64,000 nt of DNA, taken from IMG/VR virus record IMGVR_UViG_3300028377_000004, positions 1 to 64,000 of that record; one strand, given 5' to 3'. The DNA is from a virus. How positions within the stretch are numbered: position 1 is the stretch's first letter; every line of letters begins with the position of its first letter. Below are positions 1 through 11,700 of the stretch, piece after piece. A program made the translations under genes and the position numbers. The notes beneath the pieces were generated by a model that did no database searches, was not told the DNA's origin, and was given only the letters and a program-made list of their open reading frames with translations.

Positions 1-4
1 AGCG

Positions 5-619
5 TTGGACAGTCAAGATATCCAAGTCCAAGTTATTGAGAACACCAGTAAAGACGTGTTAGATGACTTGAATACAGTCAAAGGTGTGGGATTTACTTCG
101 GGAGAGGATGATTTAAAGTCCCTCAAAGCCGCTATCATCGCAGGAGGTGTTGACTTATCTCCGGTTATAGACATCCTAACCGAAATAAAAGGGGATGAAT
201 TCACTGCGGAGGAAGACGACTTAGCCTCTATTCGAGAAGCCGTTGCTGCGGTATCGGGAGACATCGACTTTACCACAGTAGAAGAAGCCCTTGATGCAAT
301 CAAAGGAGATGGTTTTGTAGAAGGTACAGACTCGCTTGAGCAGATCAGAGTAAAACTGATCACAGCCCAAGAATCTTTAGATGATGCAGCTACTTTATTA
401 GCTAGAATCGCGGGCTTGAGTCAAGAAAACTTTCAAATCGTTGACCAGTCTTATAATGAGGATAGCAAGTTGATTTCTGCTACTATTAATACCTATGCGG
501 AACCCTGGGCTGGATCCGTTCCTGGAGTTGGCGATGACCCAATGGCCACCTATGAACTGTCCGCTACTTATAATGTTGATGGTCTTCTCACCAATTATCT
601 GGTCAAGAAGCTAGATTAA
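5..619 (+). CDS. Acidic virion structural protein, 5'-truncated by the window edge
   Basis: The frame is open to the left edge (TTG at 5 is probably internal). D/E-rich. The C-terminal ~65 aa (GLSQENFQIVDQSY...ATYELSATYN) is paralogous to the C-terminus of the next ORF. Confidence 0.7.
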   Translation: MDSQDIQVQVIENTSKDVLDDLNTVKGVGFTSGEDDLKSLKAAIIAGGVDLSPVIDILTEIKGDEFTAEEDDLASIREAVAAVSGDIDFTTVEEALDAIKGDGFVEGTDSLEQIRVKLITAQESLDDAATLLARIAGLSQENFQIVDQSYNEDSKLISATINTYAEPWAGSVPGVGDDPMATYELSATYNVDGLLTNYLVKKLD

Positions 620-694
620 TAAACTAGGGACGATAATGTTTTTCTAAAACGTTATGAATACTAATAACATTCCTAACCCGAGATAGGATCCTAA

Positions 695-1633
695 ATGTCC
701 CTTCTTTTTGCACAGAATAAAACATCTGTAGCTACCCTCATCTTAGCAAGTGGAGGAAATGCTGTCACGGGACTAGTGGCATCTGAGATCATATGCTATG
801 TAGCTAAGAATGGGGTAGCACCTCCTACGGAATACGACGTTACGGGGAGAATCACTGAACTAAGTTCGTCTACCATGCAAGGGCTTTATTCTTTGGAATT
901 AGACGGTTCCACGGTCCTAGATACAGAAGGGGAAGTGATCATTAGTGTTTTTGAAGATCCCGGAATTGACCCTGCTAAATCTTTCGATTCCTATCTATTA
1001 AGGGGAAGGGTCTTTACCAAAGATTTTTCAGATTTAGACACTCTGTCCACTGCTACAAATACTACTGTTTCCGACATAGAAACTACGGTTAATAATTCCA
1101 TAGTTCCTTCTCTTTCCGAGCTAGATACCAAAGCAGATCAGATTATTTTAGATGTGGATACAAGGGCAGACACCATTGATTCTTCTATTGCTACCTTAGA
1201 ATCCACAGTCAATACCAATACTGCTACGGTTTCCGAGCTAGAAGATTCTTTTGACGGATATCTCTCTGACTTCGACCAGAGGGTACCCGTAGGCGAAGTA
1301 GTAGCTACTAGAAGCCTTTTTGTTAATGGTACGGGCAATGTGACTCCTCCCGTAGACAAAGGAATTTGGGACGCACTGGGGGATGGTGAGACTTCTATTT
1401 CAGGTCTAGGACTAGACGTTAAGAAAATGCTGGGACTGTCTCAAGAAAATTATAAGATCACAGATCATGTTTATGACGCTAATAATAATTTGATTTCCGC
1501 AGAGGTAAAAATTTATCCTACTGCCGACGATCTTAGTAATGAAGTAAACGAAATTGCTACCTATGAAATGACTGCATCTTATGACGGTCAAAACCGTCTC
1601 TCATCTTATGAAGTTATTCTCAACGAGGACTAA
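695..1633 (+). CDS. Virion/tail structural protein with coiled-coil middle and shared C-terminal domain
   Basis: 312 aa, acidic, lies in the tail gene block; C-terminus GLSQENYKITDHVY...ATYEMTASYD matches the previous ORF. Confidence 0.7.
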   Translation: MSLLFAQNKTSVATLILASGGNAVTGLVASEIICYVAKNGVAPPTEYDVTGRITELSSSTMQGLYSLELDGSTVLDTEGEVIISVFEDPGIDPAKSFDSYLLRGRVFTKDFSDLDTLSTATNTTVSDIETTVNNSIVPSLSELDTKADQIILDVDTRADTIDSSIATLESTVNTNTATVSELEDSFDGYLSDFDQRVPVGEVVATRSLFVNGTGNVTPPVDKGIWDALGDGETSISGLGLDVKKMLGLSQENYKITDHVYDANNNLISAEVKIYPTADDLSNEVNEIATYEMTASYDGQNRLSSYEVILNED

Positions 1634-1636
1634 AAT

Positions 1637-4600
1637 ATGTCCTCATCATCAGATGATCAGGCAACTTTTATAATTACGGGGGGTACCGAGGAACCCGACG
1701 GAACAAAGGGATGGGCTTCTTCTACGGGTATTGGTATAGATCCGGACGCACCGGAACAGGGCGTTTGTAGTATTACTACTACGAGTGGTGCTGCCAACTC
1801 TCTTCTTACTGGAGGGATATGGCAAAACTCCGATGCAGGTTCCCTTCTTTCTGCGGGGATCATTAACACTTCTCAGTTTGTTCAGGCTGACCCTAACTGT
1901 TTTTTAGGGGTTATCCATACCAAACATGGACCTCTTACCAAAGGTTGGGGAGATGCTAGATTAGCTGAACCCGACGATGTTGAAATAATCATTAACGGTG
2001 CCTTTCGTGAAGTCTTTCATATAGAACCGACACAAGGCATCATTGTCTTGGTAAATCCTATAGCAGTAGGAGCTTCTGTACAGGTAAGTTATTTTTATAC
2101 TCCCAATCCTACCGTAAATATAGCATCTTTCAATAATGAAGGATACTTGTTCAATCAAGCTGGAGTAGCTTCTTATTATCAGAAATTTCCTTTCACTTCT
2201 GTTTTTGGGCCTGACTACCAGAATCCTCAACCTCAAGAAATAGGACATATACATACCGCTTTCCAAAGGGGATATACTGCGGTTTTTAATGATCCTACAG
2301 TTCTTCGATTTAATGAGCCTCCTCACACCCCCGGGCATCCTCATTTAGGGAGGAACTTAGAATCATTTTCGGTTTCTTTTGAGGGGGATCATTTCCCCAA
2401 AGAACCCTGGGAAGTAGTGGGTACGCAACCCGTAATTCCCGAGTTTGAAGAAGGGCTTTTCATTATAGACGATATCTCATCGTCACAAAACGTGATCGAT
2501 TCCGATCCGCTTTTCTATCAGCAGGAAACGGATATTAGTTTTGATCATATTGCGACCATCAATTTCCGCCTTCAGGTTTTTGACTATCAAAAGGCCGAAG
2601 ATTTTACCGGCATAGCTGCGGGTTATGCAAGCGACCAAAACCTATATTTACTGGGTTTCTTGGAGGTAGGTGGTTTTCAGTTCGCAGGTTTCCTAGAAAA
2701 CGAAAACGAAGAAGACAGATGGGAGTCTTATCAAGGACTGACCACAGAAGTGGTACCTGTCGATGATAATGGAAACCTAATCAATACTCGATTGCGATAT
2801 GCAAGCGAACCTCCCTTCGAGGAAGGATCTCAAGTATTTGTAGAAGGATCTATTTACGAAGTAGATTCAGTTTCAGAATCTACTTCTAATCCTGGCTTTT
2901 ATGATGTGATCTTAACGACGATCATGCCTTCTAGTGTGACAGGGACGATAGAAACTTTCCCTGAAATAGAATTTAATAGTCTAAATTCCTATCGAATTTT
3001 CAAAAATGAAGAGGGAAATATACAGGCATTTGTAGGAGGATCCCCGTTTCCTTTTGCAGAAGCAGAAGAAACAGATCTGGCATTGGGAACCGAAACTTTT
3101 GAGATCTTAGATTTTAATCAGGTATTTTTTGGTTCCGTAAGTAGACAAGGGGAGAGCAGGTCGGGATGGGATTTCATTCGATACTCGATTAATCCCAATT
3201 CCCCTACGGAAAGTGCCAAGAAAATTACAGTACGTTCTGACTTTGAAGAGCTACCTGAGAAGCATCCAGACACGCCATGGTCGCTTTTAGATGATCAGGG
3301 GTACTCAGAGATACTAAGTGGCGATAAACTTCTACTGGAGCAGGCTGGGAGGGTGGCAGAAGGATCTTTTTCTTATGCCCGTATTGAACCTCTTCTAACT
3401 TCTCAGTTTAGTTCGGATTTTCAGACTTCATTAAGAGTTGATTCTTTCTCTGTAGGATCTGCGGCATCCGTTACAATGGCAGACGAACGGAAAGAAGTGA
3501 CCATTTCCCTTTTCGCAGAAGATCTGACAAATGACCCAGCGGATTTTGCTTCCTATCTAGTATCGGGAGGACAGTCTCAGCTTATTGATCCTGTTACCAT
3601 TCTCAGTGGGGGTGCCATTCCTCCAAGTGCAGCCTTCTCACAAGATACTCCTATTCCTAGATTTAGGGCTGCGTACTCGGGGACGGCATCTTTTGAAGAC
3701 GAAGGGTGGACAAGTTCTTTTGATGATGTAGAGTCTACCTTCATTGATCGCTGGCATCGGATCCAGAAAGAAGAAGGTCTGCTGGGGTCTGCAAATATTA
3801 GGATTCCTTTTCCGGATCCCAATGAACCTTTTGAAAAACATCTGTTTTCCACTAGATTGCGAATGAGGGATGGAACACTTACTCCAGAAAACATTCGGTC
3901 TCTGAGAATCGGAATTGATGATGATCTTAGTTATGTGTCCCTTGCTTTCTGGGATGACGGAAATACTAAGAAAGTAGTATTCACTGACGATAATGGCATC
4001 GTAGAAGAAGACAATTTTGGAGATCCCGTTGGCGTCTCATTTGATTGGGGCGACCAAGAATTTCATACCTATAGGGTATTGAGAACTCAAGCAGGGTATC
4101 TTCTTTTCATTGATGGGATACATGCAGGAACTTTTACAAACCTTCCTAGTTCCGTTGGAAATAATGATGATGACCACTATGTGTTATTCATTGACCTTCT
4201 GGAACCTGAGATTGAACTCGATCTTAATTATTTCTTCGCTCATTCTACTGATTATGGTCCGGAAAAAGTAGGACTCTATATGGGAGGCGATATAAAAGAC
4301 CCTTCTTCCTATGAATTTGTACCTACTAATTGGATAGGGGAGGACCTGGACATACGGATTCACAGGGATCCTGCAGGCAAAACTCAGATTTTCTTGAATG
4401 ATGAGACTGATCCTTCTTTTGTAAAACAGTACAGCGAACTTCCTGATCGAAACAAACCTCCTATCCTCAATACGGATCTGGGCTATATCAGATTCGGGCA
4501 TTTGGATCCTAGGTCTTTTTCACATAGTGAATGGGAATATATCAGGTATCGAGTTAATAATGTTCGGCATGATCTAAAAACTCTACAACATTCCGTGTTC

Positions 4601-5500
4601 AATGCAGCACACAAGGTATCGAGTCCCGAAGGTCTGTTTGATGACGAACCTGATCTGATTAAAATATTTTCAGATACCGAGGACCAGATTTTTCTGTCCT
4701 CTAAAATGATAGGTGCTGTCCGTGTACTGGATGTTCTGTCTGAGGATGAGTCTCAGTCCTATGATTTTGATTTCAATAAGAAAACGCAGGAAGTCACGAT
4801 TCTTGACGGGCCTTTGCCAGAACATAGAACACCCCTAAAATTAAGATATCTAACTGATAAGCCGCATGGACATAAATACCTAAAAGAACAAGATCCTGTA
4901 ACCAAGCTGAACGAAGAGACACCTCCGTTTCCTCTGTCTCTCCAGAAAATTCTGACAGTCTCAGAAACTCCCGTAGATCCTGACTCTGATATCTTTAACG
5001 GCGCTTCATCATTTTCTGTTAGTAATGATGGAAAAACCAAATATACTTTCACTGTCAATGACGACGCTCTTTACGAAAGTCTGGACCTACGATCGTCAGT
5101 AATAAGAGGGGAAACTGGTAATATTTCACCCGCCTGTGATGATCTTGGTTGGACTGAGATCATCCTAGAGGAATGGGACGAAACTTACGAAACGTATCAA
5201 ATTCCAGATCAAGGACAGGCTGAATGTATTTATAGCCCCCTTATCTTAGATGATCCCGATTCAACCCTAGATGACGCTACTTGTGTTCGGGGATCTCTCC
5301 CTTTTTTAAACATAGATTTAAAGTGGACTCAAGAAGAAGAATATCCAGGTCCTATAGGAGATGAATTAGAAGAAGGGAAATTTAATGAGGTCGCTGGCCT
5401 TTTATTGGATGTGGCAGATAGTACCCTAGATAATGAAGAGGATCTTCTAGATACTTATGATGTAGGCGCAGACGTTCCTATAACATTTGAGATCTCATAA
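1637..5500 (+). CDS. Large virion protein with repeated LamG/ConA-like beta-sandwich domains
   Basis: 1287 aa. Repeated motifs SYRIFKNEEGNIQAFVGG / FHTYRVLRTQAGYLLFIDG / IRIHRDPAGKTQIFLND and FG...S.W(D/E)(F/Y)IRY resemble lectin-like folds; tail context. Confidence 0.6.
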   Translation: MSSSSDDQATFIITGGTEEPDGTKGWASSTGIGIDPDAPEQGVCSITTTSGAANSLLTGGIWQNSDAGSLLSAGIINTSQFVQADPNCFLGVIHTKHGPLTKGWGDARLAEPDDVEIIINGAFREVFHIEPTQGIIVLVNPIAVGASVQVSYFYTPNPTVNIASFNNEGYLFNQAGVASYYQKFPFTSVFGPDYQNPQPQEIGHIHTAFQRGYTAVFNDPTVLRFNEPPHTPGHPHLGRNLESFSVSFEGDHFPKEPWEVVGTQPVIPEFEEGLFIIDDISSSQNVIDSDPLFYQQETDISFDHIATINFRLQVFDYQKAEDFTGIAAGYASDQNLYLLGFLEVGGFQFAGFLENENEEDRWESYQGLTTEVVPVDDNGNLINTRLRYASEPPFEEGSQVFVEGSIYEVDSVSESTSNPGFYDVILTTIMPSSVTGTIETFPEIEFNSLNSYRIFKNEEGNIQAFVGGSPFPFAEAEETDLALGTETFEILDFNQVFFGSVSRQGESRSGWDFIRYSINPNSPTESAKKITVRSDFEELPEKHPDTPWSLLDDQGYSEILSGDKLLLEQAGRVAEGSFSYARIEPLLTSQFSSDFQTSLRVDSFSVGSAASVTMADERKEVTISLFAEDLTNDPADFASYLVSGGQSQLIDPVTILSGGAIPPSAAFSQDTPIPRFRAAYSGTASFEDEGWTSSFDDVESTFIDRWHRIQKEEGLLGSANIRIPFPDPNEPFEKHLFSTRLRMRDGTLTPENIRSLRIGIDDDLSYVSLAFWDDGNTKKVVFTDDNGIVEEDNFGDPVGVSFDWGDQEFHTYRVLRTQAGYLLFIDGIHAGTFTNLPSSVGNNDDDHYVLFIDLLEPEIELDLNYFFAHSTDYGPEKVGLYMGGDIKDPSSYEFVPTNWIGEDLDIRIHRDPAGKTQIFLNDETDPSFVKQYSELPDRNKPPILNTDLGYIRFGHLDPRSFSHSEWEYIRYRVNNVRHDLKTLQHSVFNAAHKVSSPEGLFDDEPDLIKIFSDTEDQIFLSSKMIGAVRVLDVLSEDESQSYDFDFNKKTQEVTILDGPLPEHRTPLKLRYLTDKPHGHKYLKEQDPVTKLNEETPPFPLSLQKILTVSETPVDPDSDIFNGASSFSVSNDGKTKYTFTVNDDALYESLDLRSSVIRGETGNISPACDDLGWTEIILEEWDETYETYQIPDQGQAECIYSPLILDDPDSTLDDATCVRGSLPFLNIDLKWTQEEEYPGPIGDELEEGKFNEVAGLLLDVADSTLDNEEDLLDTYDVGADVPITFEIS

Positions 5501-5570
5501 TTCAAATTTGTGAGAACCTTTTTGTATCCTATAACAGTACATTTAACAATCTATAGAGTGGTAAACTGAA

Positions 5571-6227
5571 ATGTTTTTAAAACGCTTCTACGCTAAAATT
5601 AAGCGTCTTGTAACCAACCTTCAAAGGGTTGATGTAGGGATGCAATATAAAGATAAGGCTCCTACTCCCATGGAAGGGGAAGTTTTTTTTGAGATCAGAG
5701 ATGGGAAAACCAACGAACTGCTCGAAAAGAGACACATAAAGAACGTAATCACCAAGGATATGTCAATTCTATTGGCATGGCTTGCTTGGGATAACGCAGG
5801 TCCCACACATGGCATCTTTGGACTAGCAGTAGGAACAGGGGATCCTGCATGGAACCTAGGCGCTTCGGACGCACCTCCACCTGCGGATGCGGAACAAAGA
5901 TCATTATTTGAAGAGATCGAACGAAAAGGATTTCTAGCGAAAAGCTTTGTAGATGGAGCGGGCGATCATGTTGCATATCCAACCAACATTGTGGACTTCA
6001 CCACTAAATTTGATGTTGGGGAAGCAAGTGACGGCGCGCTAGTGGAGATGGGTTTGATTGGTGGTGATGTGGATCTAAATAATCCTAACCCCCTATCAAA
6101 TGCGTCTCCCTATGATCCCGATATCAATGTAGAGACAAATGATTTGCTCTGCAACTATATTACATTTAAGCCTATAAACAAACCCGCCTCGTCCACGATG
6201 ACAATCTCGTGGAGGATCACGTTTTGA
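5571..6227 (+). CDS. Tail-collar/tail fibre attachment protein (DUF3751/gpH N-terminus-like)
   Basis: KNVIT...LAVGTG...FTTKFDVGEA..ALVEMGL...YITFKPINKP....TISWRITF pattern is typical of tail-collar fibre proteins. Confidence 0.6.
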   Translation: MFLKRFYAKIKRLVTNLQRVDVGMQYKDKAPTPMEGEVFFEIRDGKTNELLEKRHIKNVITKDMSILLAWLAWDNAGPTHGIFGLAVGTGDPAWNLGASDAPPPADAEQRSLFEEIERKGFLAKSFVDGAGDHVAYPTNIVDFTTKFDVGEASDGALVEMGLIGGDVDLNNPNPLSNASPYDPDINVETNDLLCNYITFKPINKPASSTMTISWRITF

Positions 6228-6246
6228 AAGACCCAGAGAATAACCA

Positions 6247-8763
6247 ATGAGTGATAAAAATTTAGGTCCTGATAATACCTATCTGGATCCTACAGAAAAA
6301 TCTTTTGAGACGGTCGTTTTTAAGAGAGGGAAACCTGTATCTCATGCAGAACTGAATCTTATTCAAGACATTCAGGGAAATTATAACTCTGAAACTCTGA
6401 GAAGACTAATGCCTTCCGGTTTCTTGACGGGAGATTTTTCCTCGAATAATTATGAGGACTTTGAATTTGGTATGGAAGCCAACACTTTTGAGTTGGTAGG
6501 AAAACCCAAAGTTCATGTGAATGGTTGGATCATACCTCTAGAATACACGGATACGGTTGATGCTGGAAAGAATAAAATAGAACTGCCCGGACCGATTGGT
6601 GGCCCGGATGGAAATATTTCAGTTGATTTTGTTTTCGTTGAAGTCTGGAGATCCCTCGTTGAAGCGAATCCTAGCACGGATAACAAACCTGCCCTTGATA
6701 AGATCTGGCCTCATGGTAATGTGTTAGCACCTACTGCTACCTGGCTGGACGATGATCTTCTGGATCCTCCCGTTATTGCAAACATGGATCCTGGTGAGAC
6801 TACCACACGTCGAGTCCAAATTCAATATGCCCTAAGAACTGTCAGATTGGACGGAGAGACTAGGGATGGATATTCTGACGTGAATGTAGAAGCACAGGGT
6901 CCTAATGCAACTGCAACTACTCTCACCTTTAGTGCGCATGGAGAAGACCCCGGTCTTTGGATAGCCGGAGATGGAGATCCCGATAATGATCTAAACACCG
7001 TTGATGGGTATGTCTATAGCATTCCAGTAGCTATGGTATGGAGAAGAAATTCCTCAGATTGGGATGCAGATTCAAATGGAGTAGGGGGAGGTCTTATAAG
7101 TTCGGGCACGCCGACCAGACCGGATGGTATCTATGCAGACCAGATTATAATGGACGATGTTTATGACCTAAGGCACGCAGTCCTTCCTAAGACACCAGAA
7201 TGGCAGAGGATTATGGAAAAGAGCACGTCTCTTCTTCTTGATAACGAGCTTCGATCCTGGGTTATGGGTAGAGATCAAGCGGTAGAATGGGAAGTGGCCA
7301 ATGCACCGACTTTTGGTAATCGCTTTTTGAAATGCGATGTAATATTACCCTGGGGAAATACCTCTAATAAGGGAAATGAAATCCGTCACTTTGATGGAAT
7401 CTGTACGGTTTTCAGTGACAGGTCACACGTCCAAAGGCATGTTATTGAATTCGACGCTCTTTCTAACGCAGCGGGAGCCAACTGGGATGAAGGGGATACC
7501 CTTGTATTTACTCTACCAAGTGTTGAGTATTTTAACAACGGACCAAGTACAGGGAGAGAAGCGTTTATTACAGACGTAATTTCTGTTGTCATTAATGATG
7601 TGGATGGAGGTTCTGCCCTTTTTGATGTTCCTTTTTCAGACGCACTAGGTCTGGGCACGGACGAAGTTACTATAAGGATAGATGACCTTTCTTTTACCAG
7701 CGATGCTGATATTTGGGTAGAATACGAAGTGACCTATCTAGCAGGTGGAGGTCTTACCTCAATTGTTAAAGATAATCTGGATGATGCTAATTTCAATTTC
7801 ATTATTGAATCCGGTACTGAGCCTGCGGACTATGCAGATCTGGAAGTTCTATATGAAGAAGGACCTCACAGAGAAGTTGAAGTTCAATGGCGTCCTCTCA
7901 CTGATAGAGTTCTAGACACTTTTGTAGTAGGCACAGATCAGGTTATATTGCCTGAGCTTCCGTATATTACAGACCCTCTTAACCCGGACACTTCGTTTAC
8001 GGTAACTGTGGACGGAAATGCCGATACAGTTGCTTCTGTTGATAGAAGGGCTTTGACTCTCAGTTCTGCTCATACTGAGGGAGATGTGGTGGGGATAACT
8101 TTCACTCCTCTAAAACCTTTGCCTTCCACTTCCAAAGTGTTCCTGTATTATTTAGCACCTTCGATTCAAGCTCTACCCCAAGATTTACTTCCTGCTACCC
8201 TAGACATAGAGCCTCTATTTATACCTTCTTATTTATACACAGGAACAGCGTCCTCGGGATCGGTAGTAACACCTTTTCCCTATGAGGCACCACTTAATCA
8301 GATTCCCGTATCAGGTGGGGCCCCCGCTTCAGCTTACCAGGGAGAGCAATCTTTAAGTGCGCCTGGTCCGGTTAGCGTTGATTCTTTTGATGCGCTTACA
8401 GGGCTTCTGAAACTCCCTGTAATGGTACCTATGGTAGATGTTGATACTATTTCACTGGAAGTTCCAGCTAAAAATACTTTAGAGGAGATAGGACATTATA
8501 GAGCCACAGACGATACCGAGTATTTTCCATCGGTTTTTTCTCAAAGCCTTTCTTCCGAAGTAACTCACAAGGCATTTATGCCGGTAGTCGCACGTTTGAA
8601 AGAAGATACTTCTTTTGGAAGAAAAGGAACAGCGGTTCTAGTAATAATGACTCAATATTTTGATCGAGCATCTGAGAATAAAATCACGTTCGGGGATAAT
8701 ATCTTCGTATGTGCGGGCATTTATCGCCTTAAAGGAAATTGGCTCACTCATCATAGCAACTAA
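6247..8763 (+). CDS. Baseplate/tail-associated virion protein (DUF4815-like N-terminus)
   Basis: N-terminal VVFKRGKPVSHAELNLIQDIQ resembles the DUF4815 F.PG.PVQARELN motif; paralog of 12892..17346. Confidence 0.6.
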   Translation: MSDKNLGPDNTYLDPTEKSFETVVFKRGKPVSHAELNLIQDIQGNYNSETLRRLMPSGFLTGDFSSNNYEDFEFGMEANTFELVGKPKVHVNGWIIPLEYTDTVDAGKNKIELPGPIGGPDGNISVDFVFVEVWRSLVEANPSTDNKPALDKIWPHGNVLAPTATWLDDDLLDPPVIANMDPGETTTRRVQIQYALRTVRLDGETRDGYSDVNVEAQGPNATATTLTFSAHGEDPGLWIAGDGDPDNDLNTVDGYVYSIPVAMVWRRNSSDWDADSNGVGGGLISSGTPTRPDGIYADQIIMDDVYDLRHAVLPKTPEWQRIMEKSTSLLLDNELRSWVMGRDQAVEWEVANAPTFGNRFLKCDVILPWGNTSNKGNEIRHFDGICTVFSDRSHVQRHVIEFDALSNAAGANWDEGDTLVFTLPSVEYFNNGPSTGREAFITDVISVVINDVDGGSALFDVPFSDALGLGTDEVTIRIDDLSFTSDADIWVEYEVTYLAGGGLTSIVKDNLDDANFNFIIESGTEPADYADLEVLYEEGPHREVEVQWRPLTDRVLDTFVVGTDQVILPELPYITDPLNPDTSFTVTVDGNADTVASVDRRALTLSSAHTEGDVVGITFTPLKPLPSTSKVFLYYLAPSIQALPQDLLPATLDIEPLFIPSYLYTGTASSGSVVTPFPYEAPLNQIPVSGGAPASAYQGEQSLSAPGPVSVDSFDALTGLLKLPVMVPMVDVDTISLEVPAKNTLEEIGHYRATDDTEYFPSVFSQSLSSEVTHKAFMPVVARLKEDTSFGRKGTAVLVIMTQYFDRASENKITFGDNIFVCAGIYRLKGNWLTHHSN

Positions 8764-8776
8764 GAGAAAATAAATT

Positions 8777-11700
8777 ATGCCATCTAAAAAAGACCCAAAT
8801 ATCCTAGCTTCCGGAACGGGAAGAGCAGGTAAAAAATCTGTAGGTGCAGATGCTCTGACTTTCACTCCTGAGTCTGGAATATCTCCTGATGAATTTTTAA
8901 ATTCGCTAGTAGTGAGTACTATCGATTCGGATACCGTTAATGTTACAACGGTCAATGCAGATACTATTGATACGGATCACATAGAGGCACAAACGGGAAC
9001 GTTTACTACCTACGTAGCTACAAACGTGATTCAACCTGAGACGGGAACTTCTGTATCCGTTGATGGGGATTTTAGTGCTACTAATATCTCCACTGAAGGA
9101 GAACTAGGGGTCCTCAATATTGTCCGAGCCGATGGGGACTCTGCCAGCGATATTACAATTGTAGCTAATATTTCCCTAGAGGATACTCAATTTGGGATAT
9201 ACCGAGATATTGATGCAGGGAATATTACCGCTATCGACGGCACAATATCTACAGACACTCTTGGAGCTACTAGCCAAACAGAAATTACGTTAGACAATGA
9301 TTTAGTAGGGGCTACTGGTTCAGATTTCGAGGGATATTCTTTTTCCAAAACTGCACAACGATTTCGCAATCTAACAGAGGCTTTTAATATCCTATCTGAA
9401 GGGGAAGCGGGAATTGTCGAAACCTATGATGCTACTAAGGAATTAGGAGACTCTAATTTTGAACTGTTTGAAACTGGAGAAGACTGGGGTCAAGCAGGGT
9501 ATGATGGGCACCTTATCTACACCGTCAATTCCGAAGGAGAAGCACAAGCGCGTAGTAGGGAAGATGGTACTGTAGTCCAGACTTTTACTTTACAAAATTC
9601 TTTTGTAGACGGCGCTTCATTGAGAGCATCTTCTAATGGGGATAAAGTAATTTTTGCTTATTCACATAATGCTGCGTCTGACTATGGTATTGAAGTCTAT
9701 GATATCGAAACAGGAAATTTTCTATTTCCTTTAACTACGGAATCCGAAGTTTTTGATATCGCAATGAACCACGAAGCTGCTTTTATCATAAAAAGTTCTG
9801 GTGGAGCTAATAGACACCTTGTAAAATATTCATTAGCCACGGGGAATTTAGACTGGGCTTCTGACGCTAGCTCAAGCCAAGGCTTTGAAAGCGTTGCAGT
9901 AAAAAGTACTACGGTCATAGCCACTTCTCCTACCGAAATGAAGATTTTTTCCTACGAAGATGGTGGTTCTTTTACTGGAACCCTAAGTAGAGAGTATTTC
10001 CTAGACTACGAGGGAATTTTAGATTCCTTTTTTGACGATTCTTATTTCTATCTATCTCTAGAAAATTCTGAAAATCGTTACGAAACTATCGTATACGAAA
10101 TTCCTGAAGTAGAGCAAAATACTCCTGGTATTTATGGGGACAGTAGTCTTCAAGGAATGCGAAAGTTGTGGGAGAAGATATCAGATGTTCCAACGCAAAT
10201 AACATCCGATCATAGAAATTTCTATATATTGGAAGGAGTCGAAGTAACTTCTTTCAACAAAAAATCATTTAAGAAAAAAGAATCTTTTGAGATTGATAAC
10301 ACTGCGAACTTAACAATAAATCAATTTCAAGCAGACGGACAAAGTTTGATTGTTGGTGGACAATATACAGTTCCATCCGCAGGCTCATTCTTCCTGAATT
10401 TGTATCTAGATCTTGATCCCTCTCTTTTCTTAAAGGTAGATCCTGTATCTACCCGAGAAAGGATCTATTATCATCGCTTGATCCCTTTTTCAGAGGAAAA
10501 GTATAGGGAACCCACTGTAAGGAAATTTAGGAATCTAACAAAAGCTTATGATGACATGGTTATAGGGGAGACTGGACTGGTTGAAACCCATCAAAATGAA
10601 AGAGAATTTGGGTATCTGAAATGGAGGAGAAATGCAGCGGGATCCAGTAGTAATCCTACGAATGCTACCGCAAGTGATGGTCGTTACCTATATATACTAA
10701 GTTCCGCAGGTGTTGCAAAAGCCATTGATAGGGAAACTGGAGAAGATGTCCATACTTATACCTTTACTAATACGTTCGATGATACAGCCTCTTTTCATAT
10801 TGCTACCAATGGAAAATATGTAGCTTTCTCTTTTAATGATATTATTGAAATTTTTGAAGTGGATTCTCCAGACGCCCCTGTAATAGATTTCCAAGATCCC
10901 CTCGGGTTGGAAATGAATTCCCTATGGATGAACCATGATGCGGTTTTCAGGCAACAAGATGGATCAGTGACTAACGGAGTTCGTAAGATCCCTCTAGATG
11001 GAAGTTCAGCTTCCGCTGAACCAGCACCCGGGTCCCTTTCAGTAACAGGATACGGTAAATATCTCATAGAAAGTTTTGAAGATGGTTCAGAATTGGGAAT
11101 GAGACTGAGAGATGCTGAAACTTTAGATCTTATTGGTTCCGAAATCACGGTTACTGAAAGGGATAGTGGAATTACAGACCTAAAGACAGATGGCTCCTAT
11201 ATCTATGTGGCACAGGATTCTTCAGGCATTGGCGGTATAGCGGTATATCCTCTCACTAGAGATGGTCTTGAAAATTCATTTAGAGCTTGGTCTTCTATAA
11301 CGGGAGAAGACAATACAAGAATCGCAGTTGATCATAGGTTTATTTACATAGCAGACGATTCTTTAACCCTTAGAGTTTATGACAAAGAAACTCTAGAACT
11401 AGTAAATACTATTGATATTTCCGTAGAACAGCCTGATGCTACGGGAATTGTAGGTCTGATTGCAGATGGTGATTCGGTTTTCGTGTCCGTTAGTACCGCT
11501 GGAAATAGTTTTGAGACGACCGCACGATATCACATGGATCAGGATCCTACTTTGTTTATGAAGGTGGATCCTTCACATCCTAGAGGAAAACTATTCTATC
11601 ATCATTTGATCCCTACAGAAAATAAAGTCCCAACCCGTTTTCTTAACTACGAGGCTGATTCTTTTACGGGAACAACTGCTACTCTAAATGATCTAACGGT

